Below, one piece after another: positions 38,378 to 51,063 of a stretch of DNA of 64,000 bases (its first letter is position 1; each line of letters begins with the position of its first letter). Source of the stretch: Vicugna vicugna (taxonomy: Eukaryota); assembly GCA_013265495.1 (NCBI GenBank), contig MU058687.1, positions 3,598,001 to 3,662,000 on the forward strand, in the 5' to 3' direction. Made by a program: the position numbers and the translations under genes. The notes below the pieces were generated by a model that did not search any database, was not told where the DNA came from, and was given only the letters and a program-made list of their open reading frames with translations.

Positions 38378-39041
38378 GTAAGATTTGGGGGGAAAAGAAG
38401 GCAGGCAGGATGTGAAACAACTCAAGCTTCTTGTTTGTTCTGGGAAGAGGTTGCTCCTGAGAGGGTAGAAGTTTTCAACTGGGAGCGACCAACCTAGATT
38501 TTTTTTTTTTTTTGAATCCTGGATCAGAGAGCCTTGGCTGATCATCGGAATGGCTTTTCAACTGCCTTTCTTCTTCAGTTTCTCCTGGAAGTTGGGTCCT
38601 TTTGCTCCAGGTGTCGGAAAAGTCAGAGAATGTTTTAGATTTTTAATCTTGTTTGAAACCTTCCTCCTATTAGCTTGGATTGTTAGTCTGAAATGGTGTG
38701 CACTTAGCACTTCATTTTGGGCAGATACTTTTTTGGCATTTTGTAGCCACTTTTCCTCTCATTATTATTGCTTTCTGGGGAAGGGGCTAGTTTAAATGAG
38801 AAAGAGAAGACGGGAAGGTCTGAGGATCACAAGAAGACAAAATTGAATGGAGACAGGGATTTCCCTAGCTGTTGAGGAACTGAGGTGTGTGTGAATGTGT
38901 GTGTATGAGTGTGTTTGAGTGTGATTTTTTTTTTTTTGAGGGAGTATGAGGAGGTGGTTCTTGGGTCTGAAGATTCAGGTTGGAGTCCTGCTGTCTTGTG
39001 AAGGTGGGCATACTCGGAGAAGGTGAAAAGGGAGTGTGAGA

Positions 39042-39077
39042 GTGTGTGTGTATGTGTGTGTGTGTGCGTGTGTGCGC
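39042..39077. repeat. Imperfect (GT)n microsatellite
   Basis: gtgtgtgtgtatgtgtgtgtgtgtgcgtgtgtgcgc. Confidence 0.9.
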
Positions 39078-42000
39078 TCTTGTTTGGATCGGTTACAAGG
39101 GAATCTTCCTCCTCTGCCTTCCATTTGTTTATATTAATGATTTAGTAGCAGGCTTGCCTGAAAACTTCCACTCTGTGTAAGCACTGTGGGTTTTGCAAGC
39201 TCTCAGTGACCTTAAAGGCTGGTTCGATGTATTTTTTTTCGAGGCATTGTGTTGTACCCAGAGTTTTAGCTCTTTCCCTCTCTCTTTTTTTAACCACAAA
39301 ACTTAACTGCTTTAGAAACATCATCCTGATGACAAGGAGAAAAAAAAAAAAACGGCCCCCCCAACCCCACATCCCTTCCTAGGCCAATGATGTAATACCA
39401 ACCTATGGGCTCGGCTGCTTTGCAGGTGACTTACCCTGTGATTACTTGTTAAAAAAAATAAATTTCTCCCTTCCTCCATTAAACGCCTTCTTCTTTTGAT
39501 TTGGATGTAGAAATATCATCATGCAGTGAGAAAATTATATTTTTGGTAACCATTATTGGGGTTTAGGTAAAGTAGGATTTCTCTTCCCTGATTATTATTA
39601 AAAATTTTTTTTCTTTAAATACAAAGGTCAGAGATCATCCAGGGCTAGGCTAGGATGGAGCAAAACACAGTCAAACAGAATAGGAGAGCTGGGAGAAGGG
39701 GAGCTGTCATCTCCCCGCTTCCTCCGGTCATTCCCGCTTGGAGAGAGAGTTTTCTTTTACCACCACAATCTACCCCAACATTCTTAATTCTTCCTCTGCT
39801 CTGGGTCCTGTGGATGGCCCTGGAGGGAGAGGGGCACTCCTTGTCACACTTGGAGGACTGTATAGTTCCAGGGGTCAGATGACCGTTTGCCTTTGTGATG
39901 AAGGTTCCAGTGGAAATTTGAACTCCCAGCGCGCTGGGTGACTTAGTACCCGGGATAGTCTATCTGGGGGCACCTGGAGGTTAGGTCTCGGGAGCAGGAG
40001 GAACTAGCCCTTTATGAAATTGCCGTTCAGGGTAGAGCCTCCCTTCATCCCTTCATCGTTCAAGGGCTTCTGCATCGCCTTTCAAGTTAAAATGGTCCCG
40101 CTGGTTATGATGGGCAAGTTTACCTAAGGGCTACTGGGTACGTGGCTGAAGGATGGAGGGGAGAGAGACATAACAAGGCTGGTATTTTTTTTTTTTAAAT
40201 CTTCTGGCTTAATCTGCCTAAGTCATATGGGGCAAACGATATTTCAGACGGGTGCTGGTTGTGCAGAGACATTCCTATTGTTTGATTTTTTTGTTTGTTT
40301 GTTTTTTGATTGGGGAGTGGAGAGTAAGGGCTCTTGGCCCATTTTCTGCAGACTGGGGCTCATCCTGCGAGCCAGTCTTCCTTCTGGAAGAGGGGAAAAA
40401 GGCTGGACGCTGGAAGTTCGCTATTAAAGTGAGCAACAGGGCTGGGTAAATTTTTTAAAAACAACCGGACTGTGCGAATGCCCTTTTCTGGAGCTTTCCG
40501 ACCCTTTCTAGTGAAATAATAATTTTAAAAAATTGCTTCCTAAGATGAGGGGGCCAGAAATCAAATGGAGTCTAGATTTTGAGAGGCAACTACGTCTTTG
40601 CTTATCTGGTAGCTCCCTATTATTAATTATTAGGGGTTTGACGGAGGTCTGGCCTCCTTTTCTGTTGATTTCTTTTTCATGCTGCGTTTCTACTGAATAT
40701 GTTGATGATTGCTGCTTATATAAGGGAAAGGGTGTATCGAGGTGGTTTGATGCTTGGGGTTTTGAGATCGGCTACTGAGATTGGGTGGCGGTTGATGTAT
40801 TTGTCGATGTGCATGGTAGGAAGGTCTTTTCTTTTGGGTGGTGGGGGACAAGGGGATGGTTGGAAAATGGTAGATGAGAAGCTACAGCAAATGGGGACAT
40901 GAGGAGAGACGGAGGTGAGGTCGGAAGTCACCGGTTTGCAGAATTTCTGTCTTGCATCCCCCTTCCTCTCGCTCCTTGGGAAAAAAAAATCCATTATCTC
41001 TAAAAACACATTATTCTTCAATTGGCCTTTTAGAGAAAAAAGGAGAGGGAGGGGAGGGGTTAATTTGGTGAGGGGGCTTGGTTGTAATTAGCCCACTGCT
41101 GCAAAACTGAGATACAGAAATCCATCGGCACTAGCTTTGGGGGGCGCAGAGAGGCAGCGGAGAGATGGGGGACGGGTTGTCAGTCTTGGATGAACAGTGG
41201 AGCGGTGGGGTTGGCGTTCGGGTATTGTGTGTTTGTGTCTCTGCGTGCGTGCAATTTTTTCCACCCCACCACCAATTTCCCCCTCTGTCCTCCCCCATTT
41301 CTGCCTTCTGCCATTCTCTTGCTTCCATTTCCCCACACCACTCTCCCCTACCCCACATACCCCCTCCCCCTTTCCTTTATTCCTTTCCATCTGGATGAGA
41401 AAATTCTGATTCTGATGGCTCTGCGGCTCTTTTTTTTTTTTTTTTTTATTTGCAACACAACAGTGGTGCGATGGCCTTTCCTACATGCCACACGGATGCA
41501 GCCTTCTGATAGGAGGGCTAAGTCAGCACATCTACACACGCACTTTTGCACACGCTCTTGCACACCCACTCTCACATGGACACAGGCGACCAAGGGCTTG
41601 GTTTCGTTTGGTTTCGTTCCCCCTTTATGGCTCTCCCCACCCCTACCTCCATCCACCATGGCTCCTTTCCACCCGTCTTCATACGGGAAACGCAGTAACG
41701 GTACCCACGCCTTCTCCCTGCACCACTCTCTTCTTTCTTCTCGCCATTATTCGTTCCCAAAAGCTGTGATGTGTCGCAGTTCATGGGATTAGCATGTTGG
41801 AGAGTCTGTGGGGGAGGGGACCTCATGAGAAGGGGATTGGAATGGGGGTAGGTGACATTAATGATTTTTTTTTTTTTTGCTAAATAAGCACCCGGTGATA
41901 ATGATCCAGTTTAACCATCCGTGTAATACACGTTTGCGACACATTGAGGAAGGTTACACGGGGAAAGCAGAGTCTGGACTGGGTTACCTCTGGGGAGATT

Positions 42001-43469
42001 TGATGCCTGGACAGTAGAGACCCAGATGCAGCCCCCCTCCTCCACACACATATGCATGCTCTCACACACACGCCAACACACAGCTCTGCTCAGTGGGCTG
42101 TGTCAAGCCAGAGGGCACTGCAGAATCTCCCAGAGTTGTCGTGGTTCATTGGGAGGCTGGAGTGATGTCTTTGTCCTATCCAGCTCTCGCTCTCCGGATG
42201 ATGCCTGGTCTTAAAATTCTTGGTGGCCTTTGTGTTGCATTTTGAGTGGGGGCTGCAGGGGTGTTTGTGTTTTGTCAAATGCTGCCAGTGTGCTTCCAAT
42301 TGGACCACATAGATTGTCAACATGGTGCGTGCGGTTCAAGCAGGGGCTGCCTGCCCGTTTGTGCTGCGTGAGTGTGGTTGTTGGACACGTATATGTGTGT
42401 GGCTCTGGGGAGGTGTTAGGGAGACAGGGAAGGGAAGCTTCCCTTCCTCTCTTGTGCAGGAGGAAGGCAAAGAGTGGAGGTGTTTGGTGGGGGAGAAAGG
42501 GCAGTGGAGTTTTCAAGGTAGTTGAGAAGAGGGTGGAGGGGGGGAATGCACTCCGTCTCCAGCAGGAAGCCTTGTGTGTGATCCCCACTCCCCCGAGCAA
42601 GCCCGTGGGTGGTGTGCTCATGGATGGCTGGTGGGCGGATGCAGACAGAGAGGGGAGAAGAGATGAGGTGGGGGAAATTGAGGGTTTCCCCTGCCACCTC
42701 AGGAGCCCTAGGCAGAGCGTGGGAGGATGGCCCTACTCTTGCCGGCATCAGCCACCCTTGGGCGGCAGGGCCTTGTTGGAGGCTGTAGCCCCCAAGGAGC
42801 TGCAGTGGCTCTCAGCCAGGATAGTATCTGAGCCCCCTTGCTCTCCTGGGCTCCAGCTGCATTAAGGACCAGACGCCATTTTCCCTTCTCCTTTGGTTAA
42901 AGGTGTGTCCCTCATTATTAGCAATTATACATGAAATTGGGAAACAATTTTGCCTAAAAGAAAAAAAAATCCTAAGTGCAAAATGCTGATTGTCCTACGT
43001 TTCTGATGTCCCTCTCCCTTCCTGGGGCTGACCTTGAGGAATTAGGGAGAAAGGGTTACGTCATTGCCAGAGAAAGGGAGAAATGAGGGGTAGGATGCCT
43101 CAGGGGTGAATTACTGTGCCAAACACTGGGAAGAGAAGGCTCTTGGGATCCCCCAGCCACACTCTCCTTACATGACCCCCGTGAGTGGATGGGAGACTTG
43201 CAAAAGTAGAAGTGTCCCTTCTGAAGCTCACCACCTAGAAATTCACAGGCCTGGTACGTTGGTTCCCGCTGCCATCAGGCCCTGCCTCCCCGAAGACGCA
43301 CCTGCTGGGGGTGGGACAGCCAGCCTCACTGCAGCTCTGACCCTTGAGGGACTGCTCTGGCTGCTCTGCAGATGACGGCATGCGGCTGGGCCAGCCACAG
43401 GTGGCAGCGCTGGGCTTGGGCAGGGCTCTGCAGGTCTCTGCTCCCGTGAGACCTCCTCAGAGAGGCCTC

Positions 43470-43730
43470 TCTGGAGTGGCCTTCTAAAATAGCCCCCTCC
43501 CCACAGCCCCCTGGCCACTTTCCAGCCCGTTTCTCTGCCTTCAGTTCTAATCAGCTACTCATTACCCAACGCTGCATCATACTGAAGTGTTAAGGTAATC
43601 TTGTCTGTCTCCCCTTCTAGAATGCAGGCTTCAAGAGGGCAGGGTCTTCGTTTTTGTTCATTGCAGTGCTCTCAGTGGCTACATTTTCGGGCATGTAGCA
43701 GGTGCTCAACAAACGTTTGTTGACTGGAGG
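43470..43730 (+). mobile_element. L2 3' end
   Basis: 'ttgtctgtctccccttctagaatgcaggcttcaagagggcaggg...gcatgtagcaggtgctcaacaaacgtttgttga'. Confidence 0.85.
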
Positions 43731-44098
43731 AAAGAACCATACAGGTTTGGTGTTTGGGTTCTAACCTTGGAGTCTGACTTCTGAGAAAGCTGAGCTTTGC
43801 TGCTGGCTGCCTTATCCCTGCCTGCAAATCCAGATGTAGAGGAACTGCAAGGTGCAACTTTTCAGTTCAGTTAGAGAGGTATTCTCCACGCCTGGCTCAG
43901 AGGGACTCTGCCTCCTTTGTGGTCCCTCTAATACTGGTCGTCATCATCATCAGGTACCAGTAGTGACACAGCTACCACTTCTGATGTACTTAATATGTAC
44001 TAAGTTTTGTAACAGGTCTCTTTTTCTTTTCTTACTTTCTTTTCTTTTTTTTACATTCAGTATGTCTTTTAATTTTCTAAATAACTTAATGCAGTATG

Positions 44099-44250
44099 TA
44101 GTTGGGTTTCCATATCCCTGGGTTCTACATCCGTGGATACAGAGAGCCAACTGTACTACATCCTTTTATATAAGAAACTTGAGCATCCTCAGATTTTGGT
44201 ATCTACGGGGGTTCTGGAACCAGTTCCCCACAGATACTGGAAAGTGACTG
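44099..44250. mobile_element. Short MER2/Tigger2-type DNA transposon derivative, nested in a MIR
   Basis: 'ccatatcc.tgggttctacatccgtggatac', 'ttttatataagaaacttgagcatcc.cagattttggtatc...ctggaaccag.tccccacagatac...gactg'. Confidence 0.8.
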
Positions 44251-45169
44251 TGCTCTTATTCGCTGCCTTTGACAGAGGAGGAGACTGAGACTTACAGTAA
44301 AATAAGCTAGTAAAATGGCAGATCAGGGATTTGAACTCAGATCTGTCTTATTCCAGAGCCCACGTTCATGACCCTTATGTTATTCTGTTAGAGGTAAAAG
44401 GGAGATGATCTCTCATCTCACCTAGCGCTCTCAAACACATGAGAAAGCTGAAGCCTAGAGGGATTAAATGACTTGTCCAAAGTCTCATGCCAAGTTTGAT
44501 GCAGACACAAAGCTGGAATCCAGGTTTTCTGGCTGCCCGGGGAGTGTTCTTTCTACACTGTCATGCTGCCGTGTGGGTTGTGGCCTAACTCACAAAGAGG
44601 ATTGTGCCGGTGGCTGCCTGACATGTGCTGGTAGCTCTCCTTCTTCCTCGGTCAGAGGGGAGTGGGGTCTTGATGGGGTGGGAGGGAGCAGGTGTGCCTC
44701 TAACAAGGGCAGGCTATGCCTGCAGCACTGAAAGGAGACTAGAGGAAAACTGGTGGCTATGCTCCAAGGTTACCAGAGTCACTGGGTGCTGGTTGAGGTC
44801 GTCTTCTGAATGTGCTGGAGGATGAGGTCCTCATGGGATGCTCCACATTCGCAGTGCCATGTATTTATAGTCCGGCCCATCGAGGTTACTCTACGAGGCA
44901 GCAGGGGCTCCATTCAGAGGTCCAAGCAGCTGGTGTCTGGACCCTGATGTCCTGGGAGCTGTGTACCTCTCCCAGGCTGGCTTGGCCCTTGTTTTTCAAG
45001 AAAGCAAGGCTTGGACCCAGACACTAGCCTCATAGTGTTTCGTTTCTGTTTCTAGAGGCTGCCTATGGAGTGTGATGTCATGGAATGTGGGGAAGGACCC
45101 CAACCAGTCCTTCTCCAGCCCTAGTGTTGGCCTTGACCTTGGCTTGGGGAGGGCTTAGACAAGCCTAGC

Positions 45170-45171
<2 letters not shown>

Positions 45172-45211
<40 letters not shown>

Positions 45212-45218
45212 TGTGTGT
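45172..45218. repeat. (TG)n microsatellite
   Basis: Long, nearly perfect TG run. Confidence 0.95.
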
Positions 45219-45341
45219 ATTTTGATGGGGGGTGGGGGGAAGTGGTGACCAGATTAAAGTGGATTCTGAGGAGCAGGGAAGCCTTACTTTCTGCCAGGAC
45301 CTTGAAACAAAACGCAAAGCCATTTCTGTGTGACCTTGATA

Positions 45342-45458
45342 TGGGGTGGCCAGATGCCCTGGTTTGTAGAGACAGTTCCCATTTAGGCCTTTGTCCTAGT
45401 GTAATTATTAACTCTCAAAAGTGTCCTGGTTTGGATGAAAAAATATATGGTCATCCTT
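45342..45458. mobile_element. hAT-Blackjack MITE (MER94-like)
   Basis: TIR-like ends tggggtggcca / tggtcatcct and internal 'tgtcctagtgtaattatta..ctctcaaaagtgtcctggtttggatga'. Confidence 0.75.
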
Positions 45459-45699
45459 CTTTGAGATGACATCACCCACTTTCTGTTCATGGGATAGAGA
45501 GAGGAAAGGGGCGTGCCAGAGAGGGAAATCAAATTTTAGGGCAAGAAAGTGGCTGGGAGAAGAGCCTTTCTCCAGAGATACTTCCACTTGTCCCCTATTT
45601 CTAAAGGATTAAGACCTTAATCTTACGACTAATCCTGCTACCAACATGACTACTACTAACCTAGCTACCTTACTACAACTAACTAACGTTTTACTAGCC

Positions 45700-45930
45700 A
45701 GCGTTTGAGTCCTATGTCAGATAATATGCTAAGCACATGACATGCTTTGTCTCACTTAACCTTCCCACCCATCTATGAGGTAGGTACTACTAGCATGTCT
45801 GTATTACAGATAAAGAAATTGAGCTCTAAAGAGGTTAAATAGCATGTGCAAGGTCACACAGGTAGGAAGTGGTGATGTCATGTTCAAACCCAGTGGCCTG
45901 GCTCTGTTGCCTCTGGTCTTCACACTGTGT
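45700..45930 (-). mobile_element. MIR
   Basis: 'ctatgaggtaggtactac...ttacagataaagaaattgag...agaggttaaatagcatgtgcaaggtcacacag'. Confidence 0.85.
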
Positions 45931-48298
45931 CACAGCATGTCCGTGAGCTGGTCCTCTGGTCCCCATGTCTGGAAACTTGACTCTGAGAGCCGACCTCTTA
46001 TTGGGCCGTCTGCTCACAACTCTGGGACCTGCTGAAGATGCTGCTGCCGGTCAGTGGCATGTCAGGGAGAGGAAGCAGCTGGCCCAGCAGGGGCACTGCT
46101 GACGGTCTTTTAGTGGCACTTTGGAGACTCTGTTTCCCATGCTGTCTCGGTTACTTCCTTCTTAATTCAGGCACCTTGTCAGAGGAGGGTGTTGAGGTTG
46201 TTGGGATGGTGGTGGGTACACAGAAGGCAGAGAACCTACAACCTACCTGTCTCTGCTTTGCTCAGTGGCCCTGATCCTTCATAGGCCCACACTCCCCATG
46301 GCCCTTGCAGTAGGCACTGGCTGTTGGTGGGAGATTCCAGCAGTCAGTCAGTCATCTAGCACCTGCTCTTAGCAGAGTGTTTTGTTTGGTTGTATTTCCT
46401 GTAATGGGGAGTGTCCTCATTTATCTGACAGGAAAAACATTGGTCAGAGGGGTTAAGTAGCATGTCTGGGATAACACAGTGAAAAGTAGGATACCTTGGG
46501 TCCAGGATTGGGTCTGACTCCAGAATTCATGCTGTTGCTGAGTCTTTGCACTACCCTCCACCCTGAATCCTAGAGAAGAAAGGGCAGGAGTTGGAACATC
46601 TAAAGTGGGAGCCAGAGAGGAAATTCCCCAGGAGGAGATCTTCAGGTCAGCTCCCAAGGTCTGAGGGCTGGAGAAGGTTTCCGGGGCTCATCACCCTGCT
46701 CAGCTCCCTGCTTCCTCCCCTCCTCCAGCTGGTGGGGACAGCTGCTGACCGCTCAGCTGGATGAGTGCTGGTTCTGGTCTGGAGGGAGGAGGGAGATAGG
46801 CCTATCTACAGCCTTACAGGTGCAGGCTGGGGTGTCCAGAAGGAGGTACCTCTTTCCCCCAGGCAGCAGTGATAAATGCACTGACGCCTAATCCCTCCTC
46901 CTTCCACCTGTGTCTGTGTAATAGGGTCAGGGCTAAGAAGGGACGGGTGGTCTCTCTGCCTACAGACAGGGAGGGAGGCTATGCAGTAGGAAGAAGCTGG
47001 GATTTCCCCAGCTGGAGGACTCCAGGAAGAAAGGGAACTTTTTTTGGTTGAGAAGCAGAGAACAGGAGTAGAGCATTTTTCTGACTGAGGGGATAGTCTG
47101 TGGCCCCCAAACTGAGCTGCATTAGCGTCATTGCAGTCCCATTGAAGACTGTGTTTATTTTTCCAATAATGTGTTAATTAAACATCGATTTCTAGGTGGA
47201 GGAAAGGGAATTGGATTGCCAGAGCTAAATGGAGTAAGGAGGATGGGAAGCTGGTGAGAGGGGCCCAAGTTGGAGTCAGCGTTCTTCCGCATCACCCCAG
47301 GAGCAGCAGAGGGGAGGCAGGGCCGCCTCTTCCCTTGGCTCCAAATTTGGAATTGCTAACTCTTCATGAGTCTCCAGGAGGAGCATCTTTATGACCCCTT
47401 GGCTGCCAGAATGGATGGAGACAGTTCTTTGCTGAACTTAATTCAAGGTGGGGAGAAACAATCATTCCTCATCTTCTGCAGCATCTTTGGTCTTTTGAGT
47501 GACCCTGTGCCAGGCCTTGTGCTTGGCATTCTACGTAGGTTATCTCATTGGTTTTTAAAATAAACATGGGAATAGTATATTTTTATACCCCCACTTTGGA
47601 GATGAGGAAACTGAGGCTCAGAGAAGTTAACTAGCAAGTTCAAAAGCAAAAAGTTGAACCAACTTGGCAAGAAAAGGGGTCCTAGAGGAGTAGAAAGTAT
47701 CTGAGATTGGCAGAATAGCTACCGAGTGTCCAAGCTCCTCTAAAGGCAACAAAGAAAAGAATGAAGCAGCAAAGAATAACTTGCAATTGCCTTTTTGTCA
47801 CTGGCTAAGTTGGATGGAGCTTTTACTATGTGCCAGCAACTATGTTAAGTGCTTTGCACTTATGGTTATGAGAATGCAGTGGATGCATGTTAGGTAATGT
47901 TCCTATTTTAAAGATGGGGAAGGTGGGGCTTGGAGGGGTTATAACTAACTTGCTTGAGGTTGCAGAGTTGGTACATGGTAGAGCTGGGATAAAACTTTGA
48001 CAGAGAGGACTTTGGGGCCTCTTTACCACTGTGTTCTGTTGTCTCATACACATTGAGCACACAGATGCCTGTCAGCAAGTCACCTGTAACTTCTGGGAGG
48101 TAGACTTGAGGCATTTAGTATAGATTCTCTGACCAGATTCTGAGCCCCAGGAATTCCAGGGTCTTGCAATGTGAGCTCCACTGTCCCTTCTTTCTCAGCC
48201 CATGGCAGCTCAGACTGAGTCCCTGGTTGGGTAAAGGCTGTTCTGGAAGCTTGGGTGGTTGGAGCATGTGCTAGTGAGCTAGGTGGGACGGATAAAGT

Positions 48299-48472
48299 CA
48301 GAGTGGTCGTTCTCAGACTTTGTTGCATGTCAGAATCACCATATTAAAATCCTAAACCTATGCTGCAATTCACACCAATTAATCTTTAGGGGTAAAACTA
48401 CAGGATCAGTATATTTTAAATCTCCCCCGGTGATCCATCAGACTTGCAAACTGGTGTTCAGAACAGCCTCTG
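48299..48472. mobile_element. MER5A-like fossil
   Basis: 'cagagtggtcgttctcagacttt.ttgcatgtcagaatcacc...tatattttaaa.tctccccggtgat'. Confidence 0.7.
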
Positions 48473-48602
48473 CTGCAAAGGCTGGGCAGGCTGGGCGAGT
48501 TTCTGTTTCCAGAGTTAGGTGAGCAGTGCAGAGGTAACTGGTTACACACACCTGCTATCCAGTGGGGCAGTGCTTATCTTGATCAGTTTTCTTCTCCTTA
48601 GA

Positions 48603-48745
48603 ATAGCAGCTTTCAGACTTGGTCTGCATCAGAACACCTGGGGAGCCCTTACAAAATGTATATCCTTAGGCCCCCCTGCAGATCTGATTTAGAAGTTCGG
48701 GGGTGGCCTAGGAACTGGCACTAAAAGCAAACACTTTCTGTAACT
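48603..48745. mobile_element. MER5A-like fossil
   Basis: 'ctgcatcagaacacctggggagcc..tacaaaatg...ctgatttag..gttcgggggtggcctaggaa'. Confidence 0.7.
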
Positions 48746-50997
48746 GGGTGAGGTTGTGGTATCCAGGGCCAGCCCCAGAGCCCACTTTCTTTCATGCACG
48801 TATGTGTGAAGTCCTCTCTCTTTGGAGGAGTGAAAAGGTGAGGACAGGGACTCCTGTGGTCACCTGTTGCTCCGCGAGGTTTAGTCTCCTTTGTTCAGGG
48901 CCGCCGTCCACCACTGCCACAGGAAGGCCTGTCCGCCTGGCCTGGGTCCCTGCTACCCACCACAGAGCCTTGTTTAGTGCCCTGCGCGTAGGCTGCCCTG
49001 AGGGAGGAGAGGGTTATCCTAATCTGGAAACCCAGCAGCTTTCCTCCCCAGGTTTAAAAAATCAGAGTGAATCTCTGCACACCTTGAGTGTCCAGGAGTC
49101 TGTCAGCAGCAACCGTCCTGAGCCCCCAGGATCAGTGAACAGCTTTTCTGAGGCTCATTTGAAACTTCTTCCAAAGCTGTCAAAAAATAGAGAATAGTCA
49201 AGAGATTCCTAGACCTTGGTGATCATCCACGCCAGTGTGAGTATTCTCATCAGTTACACATCCAACAAATGTTTATTGAACACCTGCTATATCCAGGCAC
49301 TGTACCAGGCACTGGGAATAGAGCCACAGTCAAGAGAGACACTTGGTTTATCCCTCATGGAACTTAAACTTGGATGGAGAGGCAAATATTAAACAACTCA
49401 AAGAAATAAGTGATTTTAAATTATGATGAATGCTCTGAGAATTACGGAGACCTAACTTAGAATGATGGGATCAAGGGGGAAAATGACAGCTAACATTTTT
49501 CAGGTGCTCAGTGTATGTAGACTCTATTGTAAGGGCTTCATCTGTATCACCTCACTCAGTCCTCACCATGAGTCTTGGAGGCAGGAAGCTACTGTTATTA
49601 CTGTTGCCTTGTTACAGATGAGGAAACTGAGGCATGGAGAGGTGTCCAGGCTGGAACTGAAACTGAGGTCTCTGTATGACCCTCCTACCTGCTTGCACAT
49701 CCCAGCACATCTGTGCTGGGAGATGGCATTGCAGAACTGGTGTTTGTTCCGAGAGCTGGAGGATAAGATGGGGATGAAGACAACCCAAAAAAGTTAAGAA
49801 AATGCCGATAATCCTGCCACATACGGAACTCTTAGATGCTAAGCACTGTGCATAATGCTTTACCAAAATTATCTCACTGAATCCTGCAATAACTAGGAAA
49901 AGTAGGAATTCTTATCCCCCTTTTTGAAGGCGAGGAAACCAAGGCTTTGAGAGGTGAAGTTCACAGACGGTGGGTACTCTGAATCCTGCTCTGTCTGGGC
50001 TACTTGGATCTCATCTGTCGGGTATGCTAATCATGAACAGTGGGTGACAAGGGGGATTCATTCAGAGACCACAGGCCTGCGTGTTCTGGGCTGGGGGAAA
50101 CCCAGAGGAAGGAGGAACGAAGGACCTGTCTGGGGCATGGCTGCCCCTCTGTACTGTGAAGCATCTCCGTTTTCCTTCCCTCCAGCAAGAGCCCCCGGGC
50201 CAGCCTTCTTCTAGGTCTGTTAGCCCAGGAACCCACATCCAATACAATACAAGCCCTATCCTCTTCTTCCTGCTTCTACCTTTCAGCCCACCTGTTGCTA
50301 ATTAGTGAGATGCTTGTCACCTGCAGGTCCGTCCCTCCTCCTCCGTTCGGTGCCTCCCTGAATATCCTCTGTGCATGTTCTTCTGAGGTCACCTCTGCTC
50401 TAAAGTCATGTGACCTCTCCCAGGGCCACCTTGAGCTGATCTGCACTGGGCAGGTGTGTGTTGAGGTGGGAAGAAGGACAGGGACTTAGGTCACAAATTT
50501 GGTCTAGAGCCACAAGAGACAGGCAAGAAGGTGTGGGAAGAGAGAAGAGGTGTGTTAGTGGGTCATTGATAAAATATTATATACCTGAGAAGCTTGCCAG
50601 GACTTGGGAGTTCATTTCTTCAACATCCTTTCACTGACCCGCAGGTGAGTGAATCTGCTCACATAGACAAGTGTCCCAAGATGGAGGCTTCTCCGTGCCC
50701 TGCCTAGATTCTCTTCCAGGGTTGATGGGTTGGTTCTGGCAGAGTGGGGAGGGACACCACAAGTGAGCAGGCTAGCTTTTCATCTGCTTTTCTCAGGCCT
50801 TAGAGTAATGGGGGCCACCTCAATACTGGGCTCCAGTTCTGATGAGGCTAACACTTTAAGGCAATTGCTTGACTCTCCAGATGCCTGAAATAAAGACAAA
50901 AAGGGAAGATGGGAAGCTTTCTCCAACAAGGGGTGGGATGTGTGGGAGGTAAGAAGGTTGGCTTGTGTGTGGGTTGTGGAGTTGGGATAACAGTTAC

Positions 50998-51063
50998 TCT
51001 TCCTTCCTTCCTTCCTCTCTCTTTCTTTCTTTCATTCTTTCTTTCATTCTTTCTTTCTTTTTC
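50998..51063. repeat. (TTCC)/(TTTC)n pyrimidine tract
   Basis: tccttccttcc...tttctttctttcattctttctttcattctttctttcttt. Confidence 0.9.

Noticed and set aside
41190..42865. 200-aa and 211-aa plus-strand ORFs
   Set aside because: Low-complexity translations of poly-T and G/T-rich sequence in a GC-richer zone where stops are scarce. No protein family recognised.
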